The position numbers and the translations under genes are program-made. The notes below the pieces were generated by a model, which had not been told where the DNA came from, did no database searches, and saw nothing but the letters and a program-made list of their open reading frames with translations. DNA of 28,051 bases from Octopus sinensis (Eukaryota), in the NCBI RefSeq assembly GCF_006345805.1, contig NW_021837018.1, forward strand, positions 1 to 28,051, read 5' to 3'. Positions 11,608-21,448 of the stretch are shown here, one piece after another; the first letter of the stretch is position 1, and each line of letters opens with the position of its first letter.

Positions 11608-12230
11608 TTACAATAGGTAAAGTAACTTATGTCTGCATTTTATTTGGCGCTCTTACACCTGTATTAAGTAAATTATGATACTTATAAAAATAAATTTTCT
11701 TTAAACTCATTAGAGCATAAATAACAAAATTAGCTCCTATAGTATATTATTTAGTTTTAACAAATTAATTTCCCAATTAACTATAATTAATATTTTGTGA
11801 TTTAAGTCTCCAAATGTACTTACTAAGTCCAGTTGATTGAGTTAAGTTTTTTATTTTTAAAAGAATTCATATGTTGTGCGATTCTTATTTTATATTTTTG
11901 AGGAAGTATGACCCATATAAACCGCTTTTGGGTAATTATTATTCTTAAAGTTATTATCCTGTAATGTAACTATACATTTATACACTACAATCGTTAATAT
12001 CACAATTATTATTTATATACAATTAGATTATCTCTACAATAGTCCAATTAATATAAGTCTTATCATTATTATTATTATTATCACAATAAATTTCTTTTTA
12101 TAAAAAATTATTCAGTTTAAATTTATTAAATGAAGAAATAATGTTACCTACATTATTAGTGGTGGAATAACCTACTCCAAAATTATTACTAGAGAAACTT
12201 ATATATTTTTTAATTTCTTTGTTCATTTAT
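11608..12230 (-). pseudogene. Frameshifted PLE linker and GIY-YIG endonuclease (CxLC...LLN...CRH C-terminal type)
   Basis: Minus-strand segments in order: FGVGYSTTNNVGNIISSFNKFKL; Cys cluster (YCRDN..NC..NNNC); VVYKCIVTLQDNNFKNNNYPKAVYMGHTS (GIY..YIG); YKIRIAQHMNSFKN; STGLSKYIWRLKSQNINY; VNWEI; CYLCSNEFK; YHNLLNTGVRAPNK; CRHKLLYLL*. Confidence 0.88.
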
Positions 12231-12425
12231 ATTTCCACATATGCTATATGAATACATGATGTGTTTTTAGAGTTAGCTTTGACTTCTATATCTAGCATGG
12301 TGGTACCTCCCCAGTATCCTTATTTTGGAAAGTATGGCTGATAATAGTGCTCGTAAGAATGACCATGACGATACTAACAATGATGGGGATGACATATATG
12401 TACGTATACATACACACATGTATAT

Positions 12426-12492
12426 CTATGTATGTATGTATGTATGTATGTATGTATGTATGTATGTATGTATGTATGTATGTATGTATAGT

Positions 12493-12577
<85 letters not shown>
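12426..12577. repeat. Compound (TATG)n-(GATA)n microsatellite
   Basis: Direct reading. Confidence 0.95.
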
Positions 12578-12728
12578 CATACAAATTGTATAGTATGATT
12601 TAACTTAAAATTTGATTATATATAGCTAGTATTGAGAAGTCGCTGTGCATCCTTATATATCGGTTGAGAAAACTTCAAAGGGAACTCATCAGTTAAGTTT
12701 CCTTTCACTGCTCTCTATCTCTCTCTCT

Positions 12729-12769
<41 letters not shown>

Positions 12770-13046
12770 CTCTTTCTGGATGTGTCTGTGTGTGTATAGT
12801 TAGAAATATCAGAGTATATGAAAATAACTGGAAAGTCGATTCATAAGTTATTTAATTACGCCATGTTATATGTCTGCCAGTGAAGATAGTATTTAAGATA
12901 CAATCTGGGTCAGGTAAAATTTCTACATCTTCCCTTCACCAGAGTATACATCATTGAGGAAATGATGACCTAGATACTTAACTTAGGCCGGATTGCATCT
13001 TTCAGCAAAATTAAATGATTTATTAACCGACTTTCCAGCCTCTGTT

Positions 13047-13091
<45 letters not shown>

Positions 13092-13461
13092 TATATATAT
13101 ATATATAATATTATATATATATATATATAATATATTTTATAAGTATAGAGAAGTATATCTGTAAATGTAATATGTGAGATTGTGGTCAATCCCAGGCTGG
13201 AGTAGGTTGCTACTGAAAGGTCATACGTGTGGCACCAGGTTTCGGCATCTTGTCATACCTCTAGAAAGTGTCAGAACTGGTTGTCGGAGAAGTTCTACGA
13301 TTTAACCAGCCTCAATTTATCTATATCTAGCATGGTAGTACCTTTTCAGTATCCTTAATTATAATTATATCTATATAATTATCTATCGATAGTAATTATT
13401 ACCTATACAGTCTTTTTTTCCATGCTGGTCACTTGATTATTTTAAATAATGGTCTTATCCT

Positions 13462-13500
<39 letters not shown>

Positions 13501-13504
<4 letters not shown>

Positions 13505-13740
13505 TATTTCAACCAGATTGTCGAATGTTGTTATACATCACTGATCACAATGCACCTCCAAAATCGTCTAACCAAATTGCCTTCCCATCGTCGTGGAAGC
13601 CCTCCGAGTGGCATTTTTTGCGATCTCGGCAACTGCAGGGGTCTACCTATTGTCCGTGAATCTTAGAGTGAGGTAGGTCTACAGTGATGTATGGAGAGGA
13701 ATGAATTTCTGCGGGGTCATACGATTAACATCATGTTGTC
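13501..13740 (-). mobile_element. Possible RTE-clade LINE 3'-end relic
   Basis: Minus translation HDVNRMTPQKFIP / RPTSL*DSRTIGRP...RRFWRCIVISDV* resembles the RTE C-terminus (GHVxRM..RxxGRP..DRxxWRxIV); ends at (TA)n; tail similar to 15940-15992. Confidence 0.4.
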
Positions 13741-15172
13741 TATATTTTAACGTTTACCTCAAAATTTTGACCTACCCTATTAATTTTTAACACTCGTTAC
13801 AAAAACTCTTTTTCATATTTATATGAATTATATATCCTTAAGTTCTTTGTGATATTTTATAACAATATTTTATAAAAACATTTTCAGGTGAAATTAATAT
13901 CTTTGTCATATTAATGTTTCGATTTAATTTATATCATCCTTTTCTTTTTTTTTGTGTGTGTATTATCTTATATCCCTGTAAACGCTAAAATATATATTTT
14001 TAAATTCTCTACTTTCGTGTAACTCATAGACAAACATTATTTCGTATTTTCTAAATACTTTCTTTTCTGCTTTTATTTATGTTTATTTTCTATTTTATTT
14101 TATATATATATTTTGTTATTTTTATTTATACCTCTATTTTTATATTTTGTTTTATTTATAGATTTATAACTCCATATATTTGAACCCCAATTCTAAAGAT
14201 TTTACAATATTTTTATAATAGCTTTATGCAGTATCTATTATTTGAACCTCAAATGTTTCCATACAAAACACAATTTACGAATATATTATTGGAATTTATC
14301 ACCACTTCACATTTTATCGAAGCTTAATTCACTTTAACTTTATATAATCATCACTATTCCATTATATTCATAAATCTTTACAAATCTCATAACAGAATCC
14401 AATCGTTACCTTTAAAACTACTGCCTGACAATAACATTTCAATTTACTTGATTATAAGCAACCTCATCTTTCAAAAAATCTCTAAACTATCATAATTTTG
14501 CGATATTTTTTAACAAATTAATCTTACTTTATTCAAATCATTTCATCCTTCCATCCATTATTCATATTGTCTCATAGTTTTACGAGTTAAGTTCTTTTTC
14601 TTCCGAAATCTTAAAACAATAAGATATCTTCATTTCTAATTATCAAATTAGTATAAATGAATTACTTTCCTTTAAATACCTTCGAAGGCGGGGCACCAAC
14701 ATGATACCAACATTATACCTACGCTCTATTTTTACAATGTTTAAACGAACTACATCTCTTTAGAACAATATCAAATTAAACCATAATTATAGTTTTAACA
14801 AATCACCAACATGGCATCTCACTTTAACTTCCATGCACCCTTCACTCTTCCCTCTTCATATTTACATCTCTTTCCTCTTTATATAATCATGGTATAAAGA
14901 TATGTGTGTGTGGATTTGTACGTATATTCATATATATATATATGTATGTATTGGCGCCAGCAAAGTTAAAGCAGTAACAATGGTAAATTGCGCGAAACTA
15001 CTATGATATTTCACATCATTGACTGACGAAGAACACTCAGCTGCAAATATTCTGTGTATCGTGTCTTTATCTAATTTCTCGTCCGTTACGTTTTCGTCTA
15101 GTTTCTCGTTTGCTCTGCTTTCGTCTAACTTCTTGTCCTATGGTTTCTGTTCAACTCTTAATATATATATAC

Positions 15173-15331
15173 TCAAAATAAGCAACAAGAATGAATCCGG
15201 TGATTTGGTACGATCGTTTCGTACTACATCATTTTATTAAATGTTATAAGTATTACAACAGTTTTAAAATGCTGATGTAGTACGAAACGATCGTACCAAA
15301 TTACCGGAGTCATTCTTGTTGCTTATTTTGA
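15173..15331. repeat. Near-perfect inverted repeat (59-bp arms, 57/59 match); each arm carries the 3' half of a hammerhead
   Basis: 15173-15231 versus 15273-15331; each arm read outward gives GTAGTAC-GAAAC-GATC-GTA-CCAAAT. Confidence 0.9.
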
Positions 15332-15442
15332 TTATAATCACCCCACGGATTTTTAGGGATAACACCATACATAATTCTGGTGTATCTAAATTAAGTACCA
15401 TATTCATTTGAATCTAAATTTTTGCTGAACTTATATATATAG

Positions 15443-15483
15443 TTGGTAAACTAGCTACTTACCACACAGCCACTCCTGCGCCT
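15443..15483 (-). mobile_element. SINE family A head fragment
   Basis: GCTACTTACCACACAGCCACTCCTGCGCCT. Confidence 0.75.
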
Positions 15484-15686
15484 AAATGCTTATTATTTTA
15501 ATTTATACTTTTTATGGTTGTCAGTGTTTTATTTGCCAATTCATTGAGTCGTTTGTCATAACTGAGTCCTTTTCTCGCGACGTCCAGTTTCTCATTTTTA
15601 TGTTTTTGTCTTTTGTTCATGTTTCTTTTTAATGGCGTCGTATTAATTCTTTTCGGTGGTCGATTCACTTCTTGTTCAGGATCTAC

Positions 15687-16239
15687 ACTCTTTACTCTTT
15701 TATTCTTTTACTTGCTTCAGTCATTTGACTGCGGCCATGCTGGAGCATCGCCTTTAGTCGAGCAAATCGACCGCGGGACTTGCTCTTTGTAAGCCCAGTA
15801 CTTATTCTATCGGTCTCTTTTGCCGAACCGCTAAGTTACGGAGACGTAAACACACCAGCATCGGTTGCCAAGTGATGTTGGGGGGGACAAACACAGACAC
15901 ACAAATATATACACACACATACATATATATATATCACGTGATCACGTGACCGACCAGACCATCAGATGTTGTTAAACATCGCTGGTCACAATGCGTTCGC
16001 ATTGTTTTAGCCTTCGAATGACGCCACCCCGCTGGCTAAGCGAGGAGGCCACATGTATATATACATACATATATACAATGGGCTTCTTTCATTTTCCGTC
16101 TACTAAATCCACTCACAAGGCTTTGGACGGCCCGATGCTTTAGTAGAAGACTCTTGCCCAAGGTGCCAAATAGTGGGACTGAGCGCGGAACCATGTGGTT
16201 CGTAAGCAAGCTACTTACCACACAGCCACTCCTACGCCT
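15687..16239 (-). mobile_element. SINE family A, full length, with an insertion in its internal microsatellite
   Basis: Tail, body and head all match the reverse complement of 20212-20590. Confidence 0.92.
15934..16052 (-). mobile_element. 5'-truncated retroposon 3' fragment nested in a SINE-A microsatellite
   Basis: Absent from the other family A copies; ends in a TCACGTGA duplication next to (TA)n; ~50 bp similar to 13505-13554. Confidence 0.6.
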
Positions 16240-16677
16240 ATACCGATTCTTAAACATATACTGGTTTTTCTACGAAAAAGACTTTTATTCATACATCATT
16301 TTCCATTCGCGAGTTCGGTAGTTTTTTTTTCTATCACCGCTTGTCGATTTCATAATCGTTTTATCGTTTTCTGGTGTCACTTACCTGTTTACCTGGTTAT
16401 CTGCCAATTACGTGTTTCTATTCAGTTTTACTATAGTTCTTTATTTATCATTTCTCATTGGCCCATCCAGTGGCCTTCTTGTCTCTGTTTCTCCATTATG
16501 TCATCATATCCTCTTTCCCTAAATGTTATTTTCTCTACCCATTATATTGCTACATTTTATTTGATCTTGAAAATGTCGTCTTTATATACTTTGTATGTGC
16601 AAATTGTATTTCATGGATTTTGTTTCTAGCTTGTCACCATTGGTGGATGATTGGACCGTTTGCGTGTATAGATTTAT

Positions 16678-16854
16678 CTCTTTTACTCTTTTATTCTCTT
16701 ACTTGTTTCAGTTATTTGACTGCGGCCATGCTTGAGCACCGCCTTTTTTAGGCGAGCAAATCTACCGCAGGACTTATTCTTTGTAAGCCTAGTACTTATT
16801 CTATCGGTCTCTTTTTACCGAACCGCTGAGTTACGGGAACGTAAACACACTAGC

Positions 16855-16855
<1 letters not shown>
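16678..16855 (-). mobile_element. SINE family A 3' half (local duplicate)
   Basis: Shares private variants with 17661-17835 (GCTTGAGCACCGCCTTTTT, TCTACCG.AGGAC, CTTTTTACCGAACC, ACACTAGCAT). Confidence 0.85.
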
Positions 16856-16895
<40 letters not shown>

Positions 16896-16926
16896 TATGT
16901 ATATATATATATATATATAATATATA

Positions 16927-17218
16927 TTCTTTTATTTGTTTCAATCATTTGACTGCGGCCGTGCTGGAGCATCGCCATTAGTCGAACAAATCGACCCCAG
17001 GACTTACTCTTTGTAAGCCTAGTACTTATTCTATCGGTCGCCTTTATCGAACCGCTAAGTTACAGCAACGTAAACACACTAGCATTGCGCCTCCACATGC
17101 TGTTGCTGTTGTTGTCTTGTTGTTTAAACCCTAGGTCATCGTCTATCAAAATCGTTTTTCAAGCGATGTTGGGGGGACAAACACAGACACACAAATACAC
17201 ACACACACACACACACAT

Positions 17219-17249
<31 letters not shown>

Positions 17250-17257
17250 ACACACAC

Positions 17258-17310
<53 letters not shown>

Positions 17311-17475
17311 GACGGGCTTCTTTCATCTCCGTCTACCAAAGCCACTCCACAAGGCTTTTGTCGACCCGCGGCTATAGTAGAAGACACTTTCCCAAGGTGT
17401 CACGTTGTGGGACTGAACCCGGAGCCATGTGGTTGGTAACCAGCAAGCTACCTACTACAAAGCCACCTCTGCGCC
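16927..17475 (-). mobile_element. SINE family A, full length, interrupted at ~17086-17158
   Basis: Tail 16927-17085, foreign segment, then AAGCGATGTTGGGGGGAC through the head CCACCTCTGCGCC. Confidence 0.88.
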
Positions 17476-17566
17476 TTGCTCCCGCCGACGCTGATGCGCT
17501 TGCCCTTACCTCTCCAACAGTATGACCTGGGGTTTAAACAACAAGACAACAACACCAACAGCAAGT

Positions 17567-17661
17567 GGAGACGCAATGGCGCTGTGGTTAGGGCAGCGGA
17601 CTCGTGGTTGTAGGATCGCGGTTTCGATTCCCAGACCGCTCAATAAACATACAGAACGCCC
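17567..17661 (+). mobile_element. SINE family B2 head followed by an inverted internal piece
   Basis: 17567-17638 matches 24587-24658; 17638-17661 is approximately the reverse complement of 24658-24681. Confidence 0.85.
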
Positions 17662-17835
17662 CTTTTACTCTTTTACTCTTACTTGCTTCAGGCTTTTGAC
17701 TGTGGCCATGCTTGAGCACCGCCTTTTTTAGTCGAGCAATTCTACCGTAGGACTTATTCTTTGTAAGCCTAGTACTTATTCTATCGGTCTCTTTTTACCG
17801 AACCGCTAAGTTACGGCAACGTAAACACACTAGCA
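17661..17835 (-). mobile_element. SINE family A 3' half (local duplicate)
   Basis: Shares private variants with 16678-16855 and the chimeric junction with ~17085. Confidence 0.85.
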
Positions 17836-18029
17836 TTGCGCCTCAACTTGCTGTTGCTGTTGTTGTCTTGTTGTTTAAACCCCAGGTCATTGTCTATCGA
17901 AAGACTTTCGAGCCATGATCATTCTGGCTGTGATCACGTTTAGAAAAGAATGTTGTATTTAAAACTATAACATGTCCTTCCCTCTCTTTAGAGGTAGAAG
18001 GGTGTGTTTACCTGTGGTTGCCTTGGAGA

Positions 18030-18710
18030 TGTCGTTTCGTTGTTGTTGTTGTTGGTGGTGGTGGTGGTGAGTTCTGATGTGGTGGCGGCGATGGTGCTGT
18101 TGGTTGTAGTGGTTGTAACGATTGCACTGTGCTAATGGTGGTACTTTTAGAGGTTTCAGTGATGTTATCATTTGTGGCTGTAATGGTATTCGTGGTTTGC
18201 CACTGTTCTTGATAATGGTAGTCTAGGTATTGCTCTTAGTGTTGGTGGTGGTGGTACCGCTGCTGCGGCTGCTGCTGTTGCTGCGGTAATGGTAGTACTG
18301 TTACAGTTGCTGGTGGTGGTACTGATGGTGGTGGTGATGGTGGTGGTGGTGATGGTGATAACGGAGACGGCGATGTTGATGGTGGTGATGATAGTGGAGG
18401 TGGTGGGGATAGTGGTGCTGGTGATCAGTGATGGTGGTGGTGGTGGTGGTGAAGCTCGTTGTTCTACTAGTAGTATTTGTAGTGGTGGTGGTGGTGGTGG
18501 TGGTTCTGGTAGAAATGGTAGTATTTTGTGATATTGCTGCTCTTGGTTTTGCAGGAAGTGATGGTTGTGGCGGCAGTGGTAAAGGTGGCGTTGATGGTTG
18601 TGATGATTGTGGTAGTGATATTGTCTACTGGCGGTGATTATGGTACTGGCGGTGTTGCTGGAAATGGTTGTAATGGCGGTGGTACTATTGGATGTGACGA
18701 TGGTAGTGGC
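18030..18710. repeat. Degenerate (GGT/GAT/GTT)n low-complexity tract
   Basis: Direct reading; accounts for the poly-T/H/P/V/G ORFs. Confidence 0.85.
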
Positions 18711-19034
18711 AATATTTTTTTTATTAAAGCCCCAGGGCACCTCAGAGTGATTGACAAATTGTGTCCCCACTATAGTTATGTCCACCGCCCTATTTGCTAT
18801 TCTTTCTAGCAGGTCGAGGACAGCCACGTTGAGCCTGCCTCTGATTGATTGATTTTGTGCTTGCTTGCTTTTGCTTTTTCATCTTTGCTTTTTTTTTTTC
18901 TATCTTTGTTCACACTGCTAAACTGGCAGAGCTGGAAAATGTCAATAAACTACATTCCATTTGGTCTCAGGAGTAAACAGAAATTACAATGATAGTTTTT
19001 ATGTCCTATTTCTTGCTTATTGATCGTTATATGT

Positions 19035-19098
<64 letters not shown>

Positions 19099-19145
19099 AA
19101 AACAGAAAGACAGACAGACAGATAGATAGATAGATAGATAGATAT

Positions 19146-19190
<45 letters not shown>

Positions 19191-19211
19191 AAAACAGAAA
19201 GACAGACAGAC

Positions 19212-19266
<55 letters not shown>

Positions 19267-19286
19267 AAAACAGAAGACAGACAGAC

Positions 19287-19373
<87 letters not shown>

Positions 19374-19402
19374 AAAACAGAAAGACAGACAGACAGATAG
19401 AT
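19035..19402. repeat. (GATA)n with a higher-order unit (GATA)n-GAAAAACAGAA(A)-(GACA)3, four copies
   Basis: Spacer recurs near 19097, 19190, 19265 and 19372. Confidence 0.92.
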
Positions 19403-19494
19403 GGTATGTTGAAAGATAGAGATGGAGAGAGTGGTGGGCATATAGATATATAGATAAATATATAAATGTCTGGCTTGGCGTGACAGTCGCTATT

Positions 19495-19506
19495 CAAAAT
19501 GGCGGC
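19495..19506 (+). promoter_or_regulatory. YY1/Pho-type consensus CAAAATGGCGGC
   Basis: Close match to the YY1 consensus in a non-repetitive island; no other support. Confidence 0.25.
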
Positions 19507-20061
19507 TCTTTGAAATGTTAAAAAGCAGCTTGAAGTCTATCTCTTTTTAATTGTCCGAATCTTCTAGCTAACTTCCTGATACAATCCATATTGCAATTAA
19601 AGAGATTTGTGGCTCTTGGAATGGTTAAGCCAAACCCAAAACGATTCGACAACAACATGAAAATCACCTGCATCGTCTACAACTACAACAAACACAAACA
19701 CAACAACAACAACACAACAACAAGAATAATATTAACATGAATATAGTATATAAATGTTATGTTGCCAACTCGGTTTAATATTAAAATATATAGACACGCA
19801 TACACACACACACAGATCACGCATCACACTCCACCTTCACAAATATCGCCTTCTTAAACGCAATCATGAATGACTTGCTCCACATAGTAATGAGGGAGCA
19901 TCTAAATGGTCGACTAACCTGCTAGAAATAGCAGCTAAGTCTCCATCAAGTTACACAATACCGATTAAAAAAAAAAAAGAAATGCTTGAAAATACGGCTG
20001 CTGGTTCACTTCACTTGGAAATGAATAGGAAGAGGTAAAGGAGAAGAAAAGGGAAAAAATG

Positions 20062-20200
20062 TTCATTTAAACCTGTTGGGAATGTGGGTACCAAGTTTGA
20101 ATATGAAACGTTCTTCCCTCAATTTCCTTGAAAATGTGGCGCCATGATGTGTGACATCGCACATTGTGAACGTTTTTCCTTCTACTCCAACACTATCTCT
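20062..20200 (-). pseudogene. C-terminal fragment of a Neptune-like PLE GIY-YIG endonuclease
   Basis: TMCDVTHHGATFSRKLREERFIFKLGTHIPN followed, after a frameshift, by GLNE fits the RKxxExxxIFxLGTxxPxGLNE terminus. Confidence 0.65.
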
Positions 20201-20211
20201 CCACATATGTA

Positions 20212-20590
20212 GGCGCAGGAGTGGCTGTGTGGTAAGTAGCTTGCTAACCAACCACACGGTTCCGGGTTCAGTCCCACTGCGTGGCATCTTGGGAAAGTGT
20301 CTTCTGCTATAGCCCCGGGCCTACCAATGCCTTGTGAGTGGATTTGGTAGACGGAAACTGAAAGAAGCCCGTCGTATATATGTATATATATATATGTGTG
20401 TGTGTGTTTGTGTGTGTGTGTTTGTCCCCCTAGCATTGCATGACAACCGATGCTGGTGTGTTTACGTCCCCGATAGAATAAGTACTGGGCTTACAACGAA
20501 TAAGTCCCGGGGTCGAGTTGCTCGACTAAAGGCGGTGCTCCAGCATGGCCGCAGTCAAATGACTGAAACAAGTAAAAGAATAAAAGAATA
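20212..20590 (+). mobile_element. SINE family A, near full length, low divergence
   Basis: Head GGCGCAGGAGTGGCTGTGTGG..GGTTCAGTCCC, microsatellite, GAATAAAA tail; small deletion after GTCCCCG relative to the other copies. Confidence 0.93.
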
Positions 20591-20596
20591 TGAATA

Positions 20597-20716
20597 TGTT
20601 TCGATGTTATTATTATTATTATTATCATTATTAGTATTGCTCAGGTCACTGCCTGGAATCGAACTGGGAATCTCGGGGTTAGTAGCCTTGGCTCTTAACC
20701 ACTACGCCATATGCCC
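20597..20716 (-). mobile_element. tRNA-derived head (20644-20716) with (AAT)n tail; SINE or pseudo-tRNA
   Basis: GGGCATA-TGGCGTAGTGG (A box)-TTAAGAGC..CTACTAA..AGTTCGATTCC (B box)-AGGCAGTGACC; acceptor and anticodon stems pair poorly, so it is unlikely to be a functional tRNA. Confidence 0.75.
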
Positions 20717-20889
20717 GTGGGCCGAAACGTTGTGTTAAGATGGGGACAAATATCCGGCAAATGTAAATAGTGTAAATAACGTAAATAATTTATCTAATTT
20801 CTCATCATTTAAATATAGAACTGAAGTAATGCATGTATGCATGTATATAGTATAGACACACACACCACACACACAACACACACACACAC

Positions 20890-20958
<69 letters not shown>

Positions 20959-21083
20959 ATTTATATATATAATTTATAGTGATGAATATACGGTTATGGA
21001 CGATGTGTCTAGTTTCGGCATATTTGGCATTAGAAATTTTATTTCTTTTGCTCTTGTTATAAGTTGTTATATATATGTATATA

Positions 21084-21448
21084 TCTTTATATATAAAAGT
21101 GAGGTTGTGTGCTGGGTCTCCTACGATTTAGATTCTAACTACTCCCCATTTTGCGGTGCAGTTTAACCAAAACCGGGTATCTATAGTCGTGATTCATATC
21201 GAGCCCTTGGGTATTAGCGCGCGTCTACGATGAGCTACGATTTTAAAAAAATTTACCATCAATTTTTCCCATTTTTAATGCATTTTTGGAATATATAAGG
21301 GAAGTAACTCTCTAAAAATTTATTATTAAATCTCAGAACGTAAAAAGCTACAGTAACAGTCCCCCCCCTTTGTGGTTAGCCATATTGAGATGGCTATTAT
21401 ACTTTACATTTCTAAAAATGCTTATATAGTTATTTCCCTTACTGCTAG
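21084..21448 (+). mobile_element. Non-autonomous Helitron, copy 2 (3' hairpin deleted)
   Basis: Highly similar to 6478-6855; A|TCT start, CTAG|T end. Confidence 0.85.

Larger units (their letters stand above)
8636..12230 (-). mobile_element. 5'-truncated Penelope-like retroelement (GIY-YIG relic, ~3 kb 3' UTR, HHR-bearing 3' end)
   Basis: EN relic and HHR are on the same strand; the intervening sequence has a consistent A/C-rich plus-strand skew with no SINE interruption; the end abuts (TA)n. Continuity as one element is inferred. Confidence 0.7.

Noticed and set aside
13225-13280. Minus-strand GCCGAAACCTGGTG half-hammerhead
   Set aside because: G at the cleavage position and no CUGANGA or stem II
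14990-15040. GAAAC...CTGACGA arrangement resembling a type II hammerhead
   Set aside because: Stem II strands (TTGCGC/AGAAC) do not pair and there is no valid stem III-UH
18168-18827. 219-aa ORF with poly-T/H/P/A runs
   Set aside because: Trinucleotide low-complexity tract; no recognisable domain or exon evidence
20644-20716. Functional tRNA gene
   Set aside because: Acceptor and anticodon stems mismatched; followed by (AAT)n rather than a T-run terminator
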